From Mytilus edulis (lineage: Eukaryota), in contig NC_092347.1 of NCBI RefSeq assembly GCF_963676685.1, positions 62,992,001-63,056,000 of the forward strand: a DNA stretch of 64,000 nucleotides, in the 5' to 3' direction. This document shows positions 1-11,900 of the stretch, piece after piece. The position numbers and the translations under genes are program-made. Numbering within the stretch: position 1 is the stretch's first letter; each line of letters begins with the position of its first letter. The notes under the pieces are model-generated. The model was not told where the DNA came from. It made no database searches and was given only the letters and a program-made list of their open reading frames with translations.

Positions 1-345
1 GCCTTCAACAATTAGCAAATCCCATACCGCATAGTCAGCTATAAAATGCCCCGATAAGACAATGTAAAACAATTCAAACGAGAAAACTAACGGCCTTATT
101 TATATAAAAAAAATGAACGAAAAATAAATATGTAACACATAAACAAACGACAACCACTGAATTAAAGGCTCCTAACTTGGGACAGGCACATACATACATA
201 ATGTGGCGGGGTTAAACATGTTAGCAGGATCCCAACCCTTCCCCTAACCTGGGACATGTATAGTGGTATATATAACAGTACAACATAAGAACGAACTATA
301 AAAATCAGTTGAAAAAGGCTTAACTCATCAGATGGACAAAAATGC
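1..345 (-). repeat. Abundant dispersed repeat (resembles the common Mytilus Mg1-type repeat, tentative); other copies at about 870-1150, 5500-5750, 15345-15545, 18490-18705, 20190-20540, 23385-23550, 30180-30500 and 42848-42970
   Basis: Shared blocks ACATGTTTAACCCCGCCACATT, GTGCCTGTCCCAAGTCAGG, GCTCATTGTTGAAGGCCGTACGGTGACC and GTTGTCTCATTGGCAATCATACCACATC. Confidence 0.75.
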
Positions 346-1904
346 AAGTGGATTATTAATTTGTTTTCGTCATGGCGATAAGTACCAAATACTTTCCACT
401 GGACTTTCAGCAAATAACAAACATGAAAGCGATCAAAAGTTAATTCCACGTGGTTAACTTATGACATGATTTGTTGAACGTTCTAAATTCAGTTTTAAAC
501 CGTAGAAAACCATGAAAAAACGTTGATGACGTCACGGTCACATGACTAAATTATGTCTATGGGCTGATAACAAAATAACGTCAGCCAATCAGAAGACACG
601 TTACATCCAAAATTAAATTATCCAGACATATTTGCGTCTGGACGTTAAAGCTTACAACAACAAATCATACGTTCAGAAGTTCACTCGGCTTGGTGAAGCA
701 AACACGTAGAATCTTCTACTTAGATATACAGACATACAAGCACCTACCTTTATTGTACTTATATTGTGTCACAGATCATACTTATTCTTACAGTGTATGT
801 TTACTTTTTTTGTTTGTTTAAATATCTTTATGTTATTTCAATTGATATTTTATATTTGTGTGTATATTTTCATGCACCTGTCCTAAGTCAAAAGCCTGTT
901 GTTCAGTGGTTATCGTTTGCTGTTGTGCTTCATATATGCTTCTCGTTTTTTATATAGCCTAGACCGTTGATTTTCCTGTTTGAAATGTTTTACACTAGTC
1001 ATTATTGGCCCTTTATAGCTTGCTGTTAGGTAGGATCCAAGGCTCCGTGTTGAAGGTCGTCTTTTGAATTATAATTGTTTATTTGATATACATTGTTGCA
1101 TTGATTAACAGCTGTCTCATTGACACCAATACCCCATTTTCTTTTTTATATATAATATGTTCATCTAATTGGGGTTTTTTACAATGTGAGAATAAAAGAA
1201 AATGCAGAATGAACACAGGGCTTGGTTTATTTTTTTTCTCCTTTTTCAGCTATCGAAACACAATGTCTCAATGATTTATGTAACATCTTATTTAAATGGT
1301 ATGGTGAGCTTCGAATTCGTGGCTACCAAAAAGTCTTAACATTGTACACACGGAAGCCATCCGTTTGCTCCAAAAACAACTTTTGTCCGATTATAGAATT
1401 TGTAAGCATTCAGCACAGCTTTGCAGATCTACGATTCTGAATCTCATGCAGATGTCGTCAGCGGATTATACCGAGGTTTGTAGATTGGCTTTAATGTACT
1501 TGTTGATTATTATTCAATCTAATTAAAATTCAGATTTATCGTAACTTGCATTGTATGTTGATAACAAAATCAAAGATCTATATTCTAATTAGATAAATGT
1601 ATTTTTCATCTGTATATAAGCTACTTTATTTCTTCGTTCTTTTTTCGTTATGCAGCAATAGTCACTTTAATAACTCCATGATATTTGTATTTAAGGGGCC
1701 ATAATTTACTTATTGAACAGACATATTTAACTGGTAAACTGATTGATCATTTGATAAATATGCATACATGATACATGTAGGTATTTCGCGCACAGGAATT
1801 CCTAATTCTGTACAATTGCTAGACTACCCTTTAAAAATCTAATTTGGCCTACATGGTATATCTTCATACTAGGTCAGCAGCCGTATAAACCTGTTCATGA
1901 CATC

Positions 1905-2167
1905 ACAATTTGATTTCCTTCCCAGGGAAATAATTTTGAATTATTTTACATCCCTAATGGCGATTTACGCATATTTCATACATGATCTATGAAGTTTTAA
2001 TTTCTTCACGCATCCTTTATAATATAATTATATGGACTATCAATGTTTATTATAAAGGATGCGTGAAGAAATTAAAACTTCATAGATCATGTATGAAATA
2101 TGCGTAAATCGCCATTAGGGATGTAAAATAATTCAAAATTATTTCCCTGGGAAGGAAATCAAATTGT
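1905..2167. repeat. Perfect 120-bp inverted repeat with a 23-nt spacer
   Basis: 1905-2024 is the exact reverse complement of 2048-2167. Confidence 0.95.
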
Positions 2168-2685
2168 TAAATTATGCTCAGAACTTATAGCACGGTGTAT
2201 CCTATATAATTTATTCGTCAGATAGGTGTACTTGAAATTATATAGATCTATGTAAAAATAAAATTGAGAATGGAAATGGGGAATGTGTCAAATAGACAAC
2301 AACCCGACCACATAGCAGACAACAGCCAAAGGCCACCAATGGGTCGTCAATGCAGCGAGAAACTCCCACACCCGGAGGAGTCCTTCAGCTTGCACAGTAA
2401 ACAAATATGTATACTAGCTAGTTCAATGATAATGGACGTCATACTAAACTCTTAATTGTACACAAAAAAACTAGAATTAAAAATCATACAAGTCTAACAA
2501 AGGCCAGAGGCTCTTAACTTGTGACAAGCGCAAAAATGAGGCAGGGTTAAACATGTTTTTTTTTTGAGATGAATATGTATGAATTCAAACAAGATATCAC
2601 TTCAAATTCTAAACCACTAGAAAATATTTATTTGCACTAAAACTTAATGAAAAAAAGACTAGAACATCGATAAATAAAATATAAG

Positions 2686-5600
2686 CTAATGACAAACAAG
2701 AACTGGAACATCAGCATGGTGAAGAATATAGTCACTAACACTACCAAGTATAGTCCTCCTTACGGTCCCCAATCCACGAGATCCGACAACAATCACTGAC
2801 GCTCCACACTCCTCTGCCTTCTGTATTATTGTTGGTCCAGGTTCTCCGCCTACTACCGTCGTGACAGTGATACTTCCTCCTGACTTCAATGATAAAACTA
2901 AAATGAGGTGTCTGGTGATTTTTTCAATATGAGTTTTTAATTTGTTAGTCGATGCTTCTTTTCTCTACTTTTACTTTTATGCAATCCGATGTATACTCAA
3001 GTGTCACTTTTATACAGGTGTTAAGAATCTGTGTTTCTTAAGAAATAATTGATGCAAGCTATATTTTATTGTGGTTTTAACATAGGTAGGCATTATATTC
3101 GTGATCATTTTTGGCCGAGCGATAGTGAATTGCAACATATTATATAGTCATAATAAAAAAAATAGTAACAACATGTGCATCATTTAAGAGTTTGGAAGTA
3201 TTTTAAGTTAATGAAATATATTGAATGCATGCATGTCAATTTGATAAAATGCATTACTCTGCGGTATTCAATATACGCATGTGTGCAAACAAATTTTATT
3301 GGATTTAGAGCATGGGTTTATTCACAACGCGAAACAAGCACGTCATAATTAGAATGTATACTAATGCTATTAATTTCTTCATTATGTAGTTTCAGTCATT
3401 TCAGTTGACATTGTTGATTCAACTATTGCCACTAGTAATGCCTAGTTTGATGAATTTATTGAAAAGTGCTCATTTAAAAAGTTGCTCTGATATTCTTTAC
3501 AGTGACATCGAACAGTCATAATGAAAGCAAATGATAGCAGAGTAGATGCAGCAACCTACAAGTTATATTGACCTCTACAATAAGGTTAATTGTATACATT
3601 TTTTTCGTATATGCTACATATGATCGGTTTTAGTTGAACACTTTTGATTTTTTACCTTTTCCTATTTTATATATAGAATTTAAAAGTATATAAAAGAAAA
3701 CAATATTGATGTTCTAGTACCTTATACATAGGCAACAAAGTTTTCAGTTTAGTACAAATTTCTGTCCCTTTCTTTTCTTCATCTTGAATCGCACGTGCTA
3801 TAACTTGTGGATCTAATGGCATCCAGATAGCTACAGAAATGCATAAATATTTCAATCAAACATAGCCGTAAAATACAAACAATTATCTTTTAAAAACAGT
3901 ATATAATGGCGCTAATCATAGAATGAGTGCATCCTCGTTTATGTAAATCCAAGCATCAGTGGGTTGGACATTATTTAGGTATATACATGCATAATCCTGA
4001 TGACTGTGTTTCTGTGACATTATTTTGAAATATGTTTCAACACACAAATCGGCATTTCGCTTAGTACTCGATTATGTGTCGATGAAATTATGATCAATTA
4101 TTGCAAATTACCAAAATGAAGCTTTTCCACAGATTTGTCTCCTATTAGCAGTCAATCCTTTTAATTTTTTTGGCAGTTCTTTATTGTCCCATTAAATACA
4201 ACACAGGGGCGAATCCAGTCATTTTTTTAAGGGGGTTCTAACCCAGGAGAAAAGGGAAACATTTCAAATATATACATGTATATATACTCATTCAAATGCA
4301 ATGATGGTTTTGTTTTAATAATATCTTATGATACATTTCACATGCTTGATAAATCTTTACATCAAAGGACATATATGTAACCAAAGAACTACATTTCTTA
4401 ATATTGTTGTGTAAGGGTCGGGATGTGATTTACAAAGTATAACTTAATATAATAGAATAATGGGCAAAAAATTATCAAAATAGACAGAAAATATTAAGAA
4501 TAGAGAATAATGGAATGTTCAAATATAAAGAATAGAGAATAACGACCAAGTAAAAGTAGTGGCGAAATGGCTTAAAATTTTAAAAATACAAAATTGTCAG
4601 AGGGATCACAAGTCATGGCGTGTGAATCACTATATATCCAAACTTTATTTTACTGTAGTTATAACCGAACTTTTATTTGTACCCCTCGAAAAAACATTGT
4701 CAACTTCGCCGCCGTTGACAATGTTTTGTAGGGGAAACAATCTAATCTACCACCCTCTCAGCTTTGTGTTATTTATATACTATAAACTTTAAAGGCCCGT
4801 CATGTAATATATCAATCCTCTTGTAAGGTAACAGGTTTTTCCATGTCAGCATTAGAACATTACGGACAGTTCAAGAAATCTACCATTTTCCCACATCATA
4901 TGACCTCTTGAGCTAAATTTTAAATAATATAAAAAAATGACTAACTGTGTATCGTCTGTTGTGGCAATTCTATTTCATTGATATATCCTAAATACTAGTA
5001 CCTACATCCCATGGAACGAGGTCCGTGTTCTACGCAGTGCACCAATATAACTTCATCAGTATCTTTGTGAATATTCTTCATATAAACTGAAATAAAACAC
5101 TTTGCACTTGACATTAGCATTTATATATAAACAAGATGCATGATCCTAAACAATTCACTGAGCCCCTTTTTTATTATCAATAATAATACACTTATAAACT
5201 AAATAACTTTTAATATCCTTATTTTTTCCCCATAAGATATATCTTAAATCTTTCTTCAGAACCGACCAAAGCTTTATCCAGCAGGTAACTTAGTAAACAA
5301 TAACTGTTTTAACTTTATTGTCTTACCTTCTTAATTTATAGGATATATTATCATCTCCAATTGTGACCATGTTTAAGCAGCTCTATTCTTAACCCAACTT
5401 TCAAATCGGATGATGATCATGTTGTAAGCGTCGTTCTTTTAAAATTACATAATGCTAGGGGTGTTGTTTATATTCAATGGAGTAGGTATGATATAAATAA
5501 AATTACGGAGATGTGGTATGATTTTAAATAAGAGAACTATCCACCAATATAATTAAAAACCGATCTCTCATCGCTCCCGTTTTCTGATATTTCGCGCGAC

Positions 5601-6457
5601 ATATCAGAAAACGGAAGAGATGAGAGATCGGTTTTTGATTAGATTGACTATCCACCAAAGTGCATAAACATGCATGGATGTAAACAACTATAGGCAAACG
5701 CACGGCCTTCAGCAATGTGCAAATCCGAGTCTGTGTAGTCAGCATTAAAAAGGGTCCGACATAAAAAGGGTCATAATTTCACACATTTTAAAAATACGTA
5801 AAAATATACATCCCATGACTTCTTTAATATGTACACAAGATGTACGTTAGATAATAGTATTTGTGTTTTAATTGTTTTTATGAATTTGCTTTAGGGATTC
5901 TAACTATTTGCATTTCATGCAAATCTGCAAAATATGTTAAAATAGCCTTATTTTGCGATTTCTTTGTTCATCCCTCCTTACATCAGTCCAGCATAAACAC
6001 CTAGCACACTGTTTTCATGGTTTTGTACAGAAGCCTTTTAGGGCCATGCTAGTCTACTTTTACAATTTGATATAACAAATTATTATTTTGATATAACAAA
6101 TAACGGGGAATATTGCTATATGAAGCTATTAGTTGCTTCACAATCTACATCGGGAATTACCCTTTATGTTTATAAAAATGTTTCTTCTACAAAACATTTA
6201 AAAAGAATGTGTTGTGTTATGTTAAGTTCAGTGGAGGTTAGTGACCTTGTTATAACCGGTCCAAATGTACATAATCTTATGCATCAGCTTACTCTTTTGT
6301 ACTGTGAATGAATATTTTATGCGTTTTAAATTTATACATTGATGTAAACACATACCGTTAACTAAATGTTTATAGAACACTTACAGTCTAATGCATTATC
6401 AGACTCTTTGCTACCATCCATCGCTAAAACAACTCGTTTCCTTGAACTTTCAGCCAT
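2686..6457 (-). CDS. Universal stress protein (UspA-like domain), 4 coding exons, 153 aa
   Basis: Exons 6457-6385 (MAESSRKRVVLAMDGSKESDNALD), 5086-5006 (FYMKNIHKDTDEVILVHCVEHGPRSMG), 3830-3721 (SIWMPLDPQVIARAIQDEEKKG...YK), 2883-2686 (SGGSIT...VIVVGSRGLGTVRRTILGSVSDYILHHADVPVLVCH*). GT-AG introns with phases 1,1,0; total 462 nt. Has the USP N-terminal VVLAMDGS motif and the ATP-binding G-2x-G-9x-GS motif. Confidence 0.93.
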
Positions 6458-7458
6458 ACTTCGTTCAATTACCTTTTTTGCGTAAAGATACTGTCATGTG
6501 ATTTATTTAATGTATTCGTGTTGTAGTATTGTTATGTTTGACTTGTGTGTAATATCAATATGTTTCAACCGCTAGACATGGCCTTTATAACAGGGTCAAA
6601 CTAAAGTAAGACCACTCACTATATAACCAGATATTGGTGCGCACTAGTTATAGCCCTTTAATCTTTCAATTTTACTAGTTAGCCCTTTAATCTTTCAATT
6701 TTATCGGAAAAGAACATACCGTTTTTAAGTTGACTATTTTAATTTTGTACCGTTGGAACTTATAAAGGACCATAAAAAATCCTGCTTATCATGTTCAGAA
6801 CGATTTATATTCAGTAGTTAAGTTCAATATTAACCTTTGATAAAATTTAAAAAAAAGGATTAAAAGGAAGGCGAAAGATGTCAATTTAGGGACATTCAAA
6901 TTCTAAAGTCTAAAATAACGCTGCCTGAAACAACATGACAAAAAAAGAAGAAGACCAACAGAAAAACAGTCTGAAAACAACACGGTACAAGAAACACAAA
7001 ATAAAAAACTACGACCTGAGAAAAACGAACCTAACCGAAACTTGGGGTATTTCAGGTACTCTGAAAGGTCGGTAAGCTGATCCTGCTCCACATGCATCAT
7101 ACCCATCGTTCTGATTATGTTAGTACGTACAAAACCGACAATAATTCTAAATGTGTGCCAATTTTCATGAAAACGTAAATAGTGCAATTTTTTTAAAATT
7201 TGATAAATATACAGCAAAAAATGATGCTTTTTTCTACATATCTTAGCTATTCAAATTTCAAGTATATACAAATTGCTTTCTTTTTTAATTTGAAGTATCA
7301 TAATACATTTACTGCCGCTTTTATCCGGATTATGTTCATGTCAAATCCGGTTCGTCTCAGTAGCTTAACTGTTGTCTTATATATCCGGTTTTAGAAAAGG
7401 AGTTTGTTGTTGTTTTTAATTTGTATAGTATTTTTAGTAATCTGTAATGCCGTGACAG
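6458..7458. promoter_or_regulatory. Probable divergent promoter region between USP and C1orf43, including a putative non-coding first exon of C1orf43 ending at 7458
   Basis: Head-to-head gene orientation. Cluster of TCCGG (ETS-like) sites at 7324-7390 in otherwise CpG-poor DNA, followed by the donor-like CAG|GTATAT at 7458/7459. Confidence 0.4.
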
Positions 7459-7853
7459 GTATATGAAATGATTATGTGGTAATCATGAATAACTAGTTAT
7501 GTGTAGAATAATAAACTAGCGCATTTCTGTCTTTCAGACAAAGTAGATTGAGTGTGTAAGTTGTAACGTATCGTCTTAATTTTTGTAGAGCACCTGTTAC
7601 TAAATTTACTGCCAGAAAACACAGTTATTTATGATTATGTGACCTATATTTATTCAGAGGAGTAGGACCCATGAATTACAATCTACCAACACCCCAATTT
7701 TTTACAAAAAAATATTGAAAATAAAAGACGACACCACATTTTCTAAAATTTTGTTTTGTTTTCCCTTGTCATTTTCAGGAATGTGTCCCCTTTCACACTT
7801 TAAAACTCCTATGTCATTGTTACATTGCACATACAGTCAACAAAGATACAGCA

Positions 7854-8213
7854 CAGGAGTCGATTTCACAAAAAAAAACTTAAGATTAAGATTGGTCTTA
7901 CTCTTAAGGGGGTCTCATTGGGGGGTTCCGATCCCGGATCCCCCTTACTGTTTTGACAGATTCCCGTATCCCACTTACACTACAAATGTATGTACGTAAG
8001 CAATTCTCATTTTTTTGTCATTTCCCAGGTCCTGCTAGACCTCATTTCCCGTTTTCCCGACACAATAATTTGACTTTTACATGTCACGCTTACAAAAAAT
8101 CGGCAATCCCGCGTCACGCTTAGACCCCAATGAGACCCACTCTTAAGTCATGAACAAATCAGTATACTTGCGATCAATCTTAGTCGTAAGATTTTTTGTG
8201 AAATCGACTCCTG
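7854..8213. mobile_element. MITE hosting a nested second MITE
   Basis: 22-bp TIRs CAGGAGTCGATTTCACAAAAAA / TTTTTTGTGAAATCGACTCCTG. Confidence 0.85.
7908..8139. mobile_element. MITE of about 230 bp, nested
   Basis: TIRs GGGTCTCATTGGGG / CCCCAATGAGACCC, flanked by the direct repeat CTCTTAA. Confidence 0.88.
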
Positions 8214-8901
8214 GTGTCCAATGTATATTACCTTCCTTAAGAATGCACAGATTCAGCCTGTCATGTTTACATATAGAAACTTATAAAGACAACCTACATG
8301 TATGTCTTACACACAAATATACCTACGGTATAAATGTACATGTATGGCTTTAAAGGGTCAGTGTTATCACCATCTTCACAGCTGAACACCACTGAATAAT
8401 ATAATAAAAAAGACCACCAACACATAAGGAAATAAAAAAACCAGTTCTGTTGATTACATGATTGATTGTTTGTTGCTTAATGTCCAGTAGCAAATATGAT
8501 TATCCCATGCATGTCCAGGACAATAAGCAGTGATGTTACATAATGAAAAGCATTATGTATCATCACTGCTTACAAAATGTATTTTACTTCTACTATATCA
8601 TTAATACCTAAACAGACAACTATTTTGAGAATCAAAATAAGCAGAGGCTTCTGAATTAGCATTAAATATTTTATTAATTTCATTATCATTGAGCAAATTT
8701 TATGTATATTGATTACTTCACACTCTCTACCTTTCAGTAATAGCAAACATAATATAAATATATTATATATTTAGTAGTTTAAGACTTTAAGTAATGGACT
8801 AACACACTGTTAATTAAATTTTGTTTCAATCAATATTAAAGATTTCCGCATGTATTTTGTAGACGAAGATTGTATGCATGTATACGTAGAATGCAGATAA
8901 A

Positions 8902-11900
8902 ATGGGTGAATTATCAAAAGACATATCTGTTATTAGTGTAGTATTGTTTATAGGAGCAGGTGCATTGGTATGTATTTGTATAACAGTTACCATTTTTGAG
9001 TACATTGTATAAACATGTATTGTGTACATTGCATCGCGAATAATTTGTAAAAACATAGTCTAGTGACATCAAGGAATAGTATCTTTCTATACAAATCCTT
9101 AATTACATATAGACTCTTACAGTTTATGTAAACATTGATGGCTGAGTGGTCTAAGTACATTTTTGTAATCTTTAGTCAGTCAACACTGAGGTTGTGAGTT
9201 TGAATCCTGCTCATACAGGTGTACTCAACTCCAATCTTAATTGACTAGGATTGTTAGTTTTCCTATAAAAGGTGGGTGGTTTTCTCTTGCACTCTGGCTT
9301 CCTAAACCAATAAAAATTGGCCGTCACAAAATAGTCCAAATGTGGTGCTTAAAAGTGGCGTTAAAACAGTCAATCAATACAATTTTCTAAGTTACATCGC
9401 AAAATCAAGACAAACACAAAATCTTACTTAAATCATTTGAAAAAGTAGATAAATACTAATGGTAAATATTATAAAGATATCTTGTGTGGGGGTCTCATTG
9501 GGGGGTTCCGATCCCAGATCCCGCTTACTGTTTTGTCGGATTCCCGTATCCCGCTTAATACACTATGTACGTAAGCAATTCTCATTTTTTTTGTCATTTC
9601 CCGGGTCCCGCTAGACATCATTTCCCTTTTTCCCGACACAATAATTTGACTTTCACGTGTCACGCTTACAAAAAATCGGCAATCCCGCGTCACGCTTAGA
9701 CCCCAATGAGACCCACTTGTGTCAGCAAAGCCTTAGGGAGTTCAACAATAGATGGGTGCCTGAATTAAACCAATGTCAAGCTTTTTAACACACCATAAAT
9801 TTTGAATAAATTTGATGAAGACCATCACATGATAGTCGACAAAAATCTAAGTGCTCAACAAAAGACAAAACAATCTTGATATAAAAGGATTTATAATCTG
9901 GAATAAAGAGCTCAGCATGTCTTTCTACACTCTTAAATGTGATGGTATCTGAATTGATTTTCTTATAGATTGTGTTATGGATGACATCAGTGTTCTCCCC
10001 AGAAATTTCATTTAACATCATGGTAAACAGGGAAATTGGAAATACCATCTAGCATCACATTCATAACATAATCCATAAGAAAACCAATTCAGATAGCATC
10101 ACATTACCCTGATGCTAAAAGGTCCTGGGGAGAACACTGGATCATGTGATGCTATAATTTTAAGAAACAAGATGGTTTTCTTACTTTTCCTGTTTACCAG
10201 GATGCTATATGAAATGTCTTGTGAGAACACTGGTGATGTACAAATACATTTGATATTTCCCAACAGGACCCATGTATTGTATTGTATTGATGAGACAAAT
10301 ATCTGAGAAAGTCTAAATGCGTGGATGTACGCATCTAAAAGTCACTGCACTTTTTACATTTATCAAATCTTTTGGTACTGATACCTTCAATTTAATTGTG
10401 CATGAAAAATTTATCAGATTTTTCTCTTTTCAGGTATTTTTCCTTCTGTTTATACTTGCCAAGAGACAAATTATTAGATTTGCATGGAAGGCAACAAGAC
10501 CGCCACATGTATCCATTGGTCTGGATGCACCAAAGGTAGGTTTTCTGTTCTGATATAAAAACACACTCTTACACTTTGCAGTTGATTTAAATTAAAAAAA
10601 TCAGCTATGTAATTTCAAGTTGTTCAGTCTATAAAATTGCTGGCCTAGAAGCATTTATATTGTGGCTTCAGGCCTAGGTATATGCATGTTTGACTCTGTT
10701 TCAAAACACTGAGGGTGAACATTCTAGTCCATCAAAAACGTGAACATTTACCCAGACCCTTTGATGCACACAAAATTTTGAACTAGTTTGTCAATAATTG
10801 AGTTTTAACTGAAGAAACATCTTAATTTTGTGAACTTATTTTGAAACTAGAGGCTCTCAAGAGCCTGTATCGCTCACCTGATTCTACCGGTACTTGGGTT
10901 TTTGAAATCATATAAAAAAAATATAAAATTTGGCTAAAAGTAACAACACATCCCCGGCACCTCATAAGGAAAGGAACATTCATGCTATGTTGGATGTCAT
11001 TCAATTCAGTGGTTCTTTAGAAGAAGACTTTTGTATGCATTTCCCATAGGATCCTATGTTAAACTAAGTCCCCCACTGGCGGCCATCTTGGATGTTGCAA
11101 TGACAACAAAGTAACAACACTTGGTCAGCATCTCATTAGGAACATTCATGCTATGTTTGGTTTCATTCCATTCAGTGATTCACTAAAAGAAGTCATTTGT
11201 ATGCATTTGCCATAGGGTCCTATGTTAAACTAAGTCCCCCACTGGCGGCCATCTTGGATAATGGGTCGGCTACAAAGTAACAACACTTGGTCAGCATCTC
11301 ATAAGGAACATTTATGCTATGTTTGGTTTCATTCCATTCAGTGGTTCTCTATAAGAAGAAACTTGTATGTATTTCTAATAGGGTCCTATGTTAAACTAAG
11401 TCCCCCACTGGCGGCCATCTTGGACGTGGGGAATGGCAACAAAGTAACAACACTTGGTCAGTATCTCATTAGGAACATTCATGCTATGGTTGGTTACATT
11501 CCATTCAGTGGTTCACTAAAAGAAGACATTTGTATGTATTTCCCGTAAGGTCCTATGTTAAACTAAGTCTCCTGCTGGCGGCCATCTTGGATGATGGATT
11601 GGCTACAAAGTAACAACACTTGGTCAGCACCTCATAAGGAACATTCATGCTATGTTTTGTTTTATTCCATTCAGTGGTTCTCTAAAAGAAGTCATTTGTA
11701 TGCATTTCCCATAGGGTCCTATGTTAAACTAAGTCCCCCTGCTGGCAGCCATTTTGGATGTTGAATCGTCTACAAAGTAACAACTCTTGGTCAGCACCTC
11801 ATAAGGAACATTCATGCCATGTTTGGTTTTATTCCATTCAGTGGTTCTTTAAAAGAAGACATTTGTATATATTTCCCATAGGTCTTATGTTAAACTAAGT

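Noticed and set aside
7338-7394. Short ORF MSNPVRLSSLTVVLYIRF* faintly resembling the C1orf43 N-terminus
   Set aside because: In-frame stop before the donor, and the exon at 8902-8967 fits better and splices in phase; at most a uORF.
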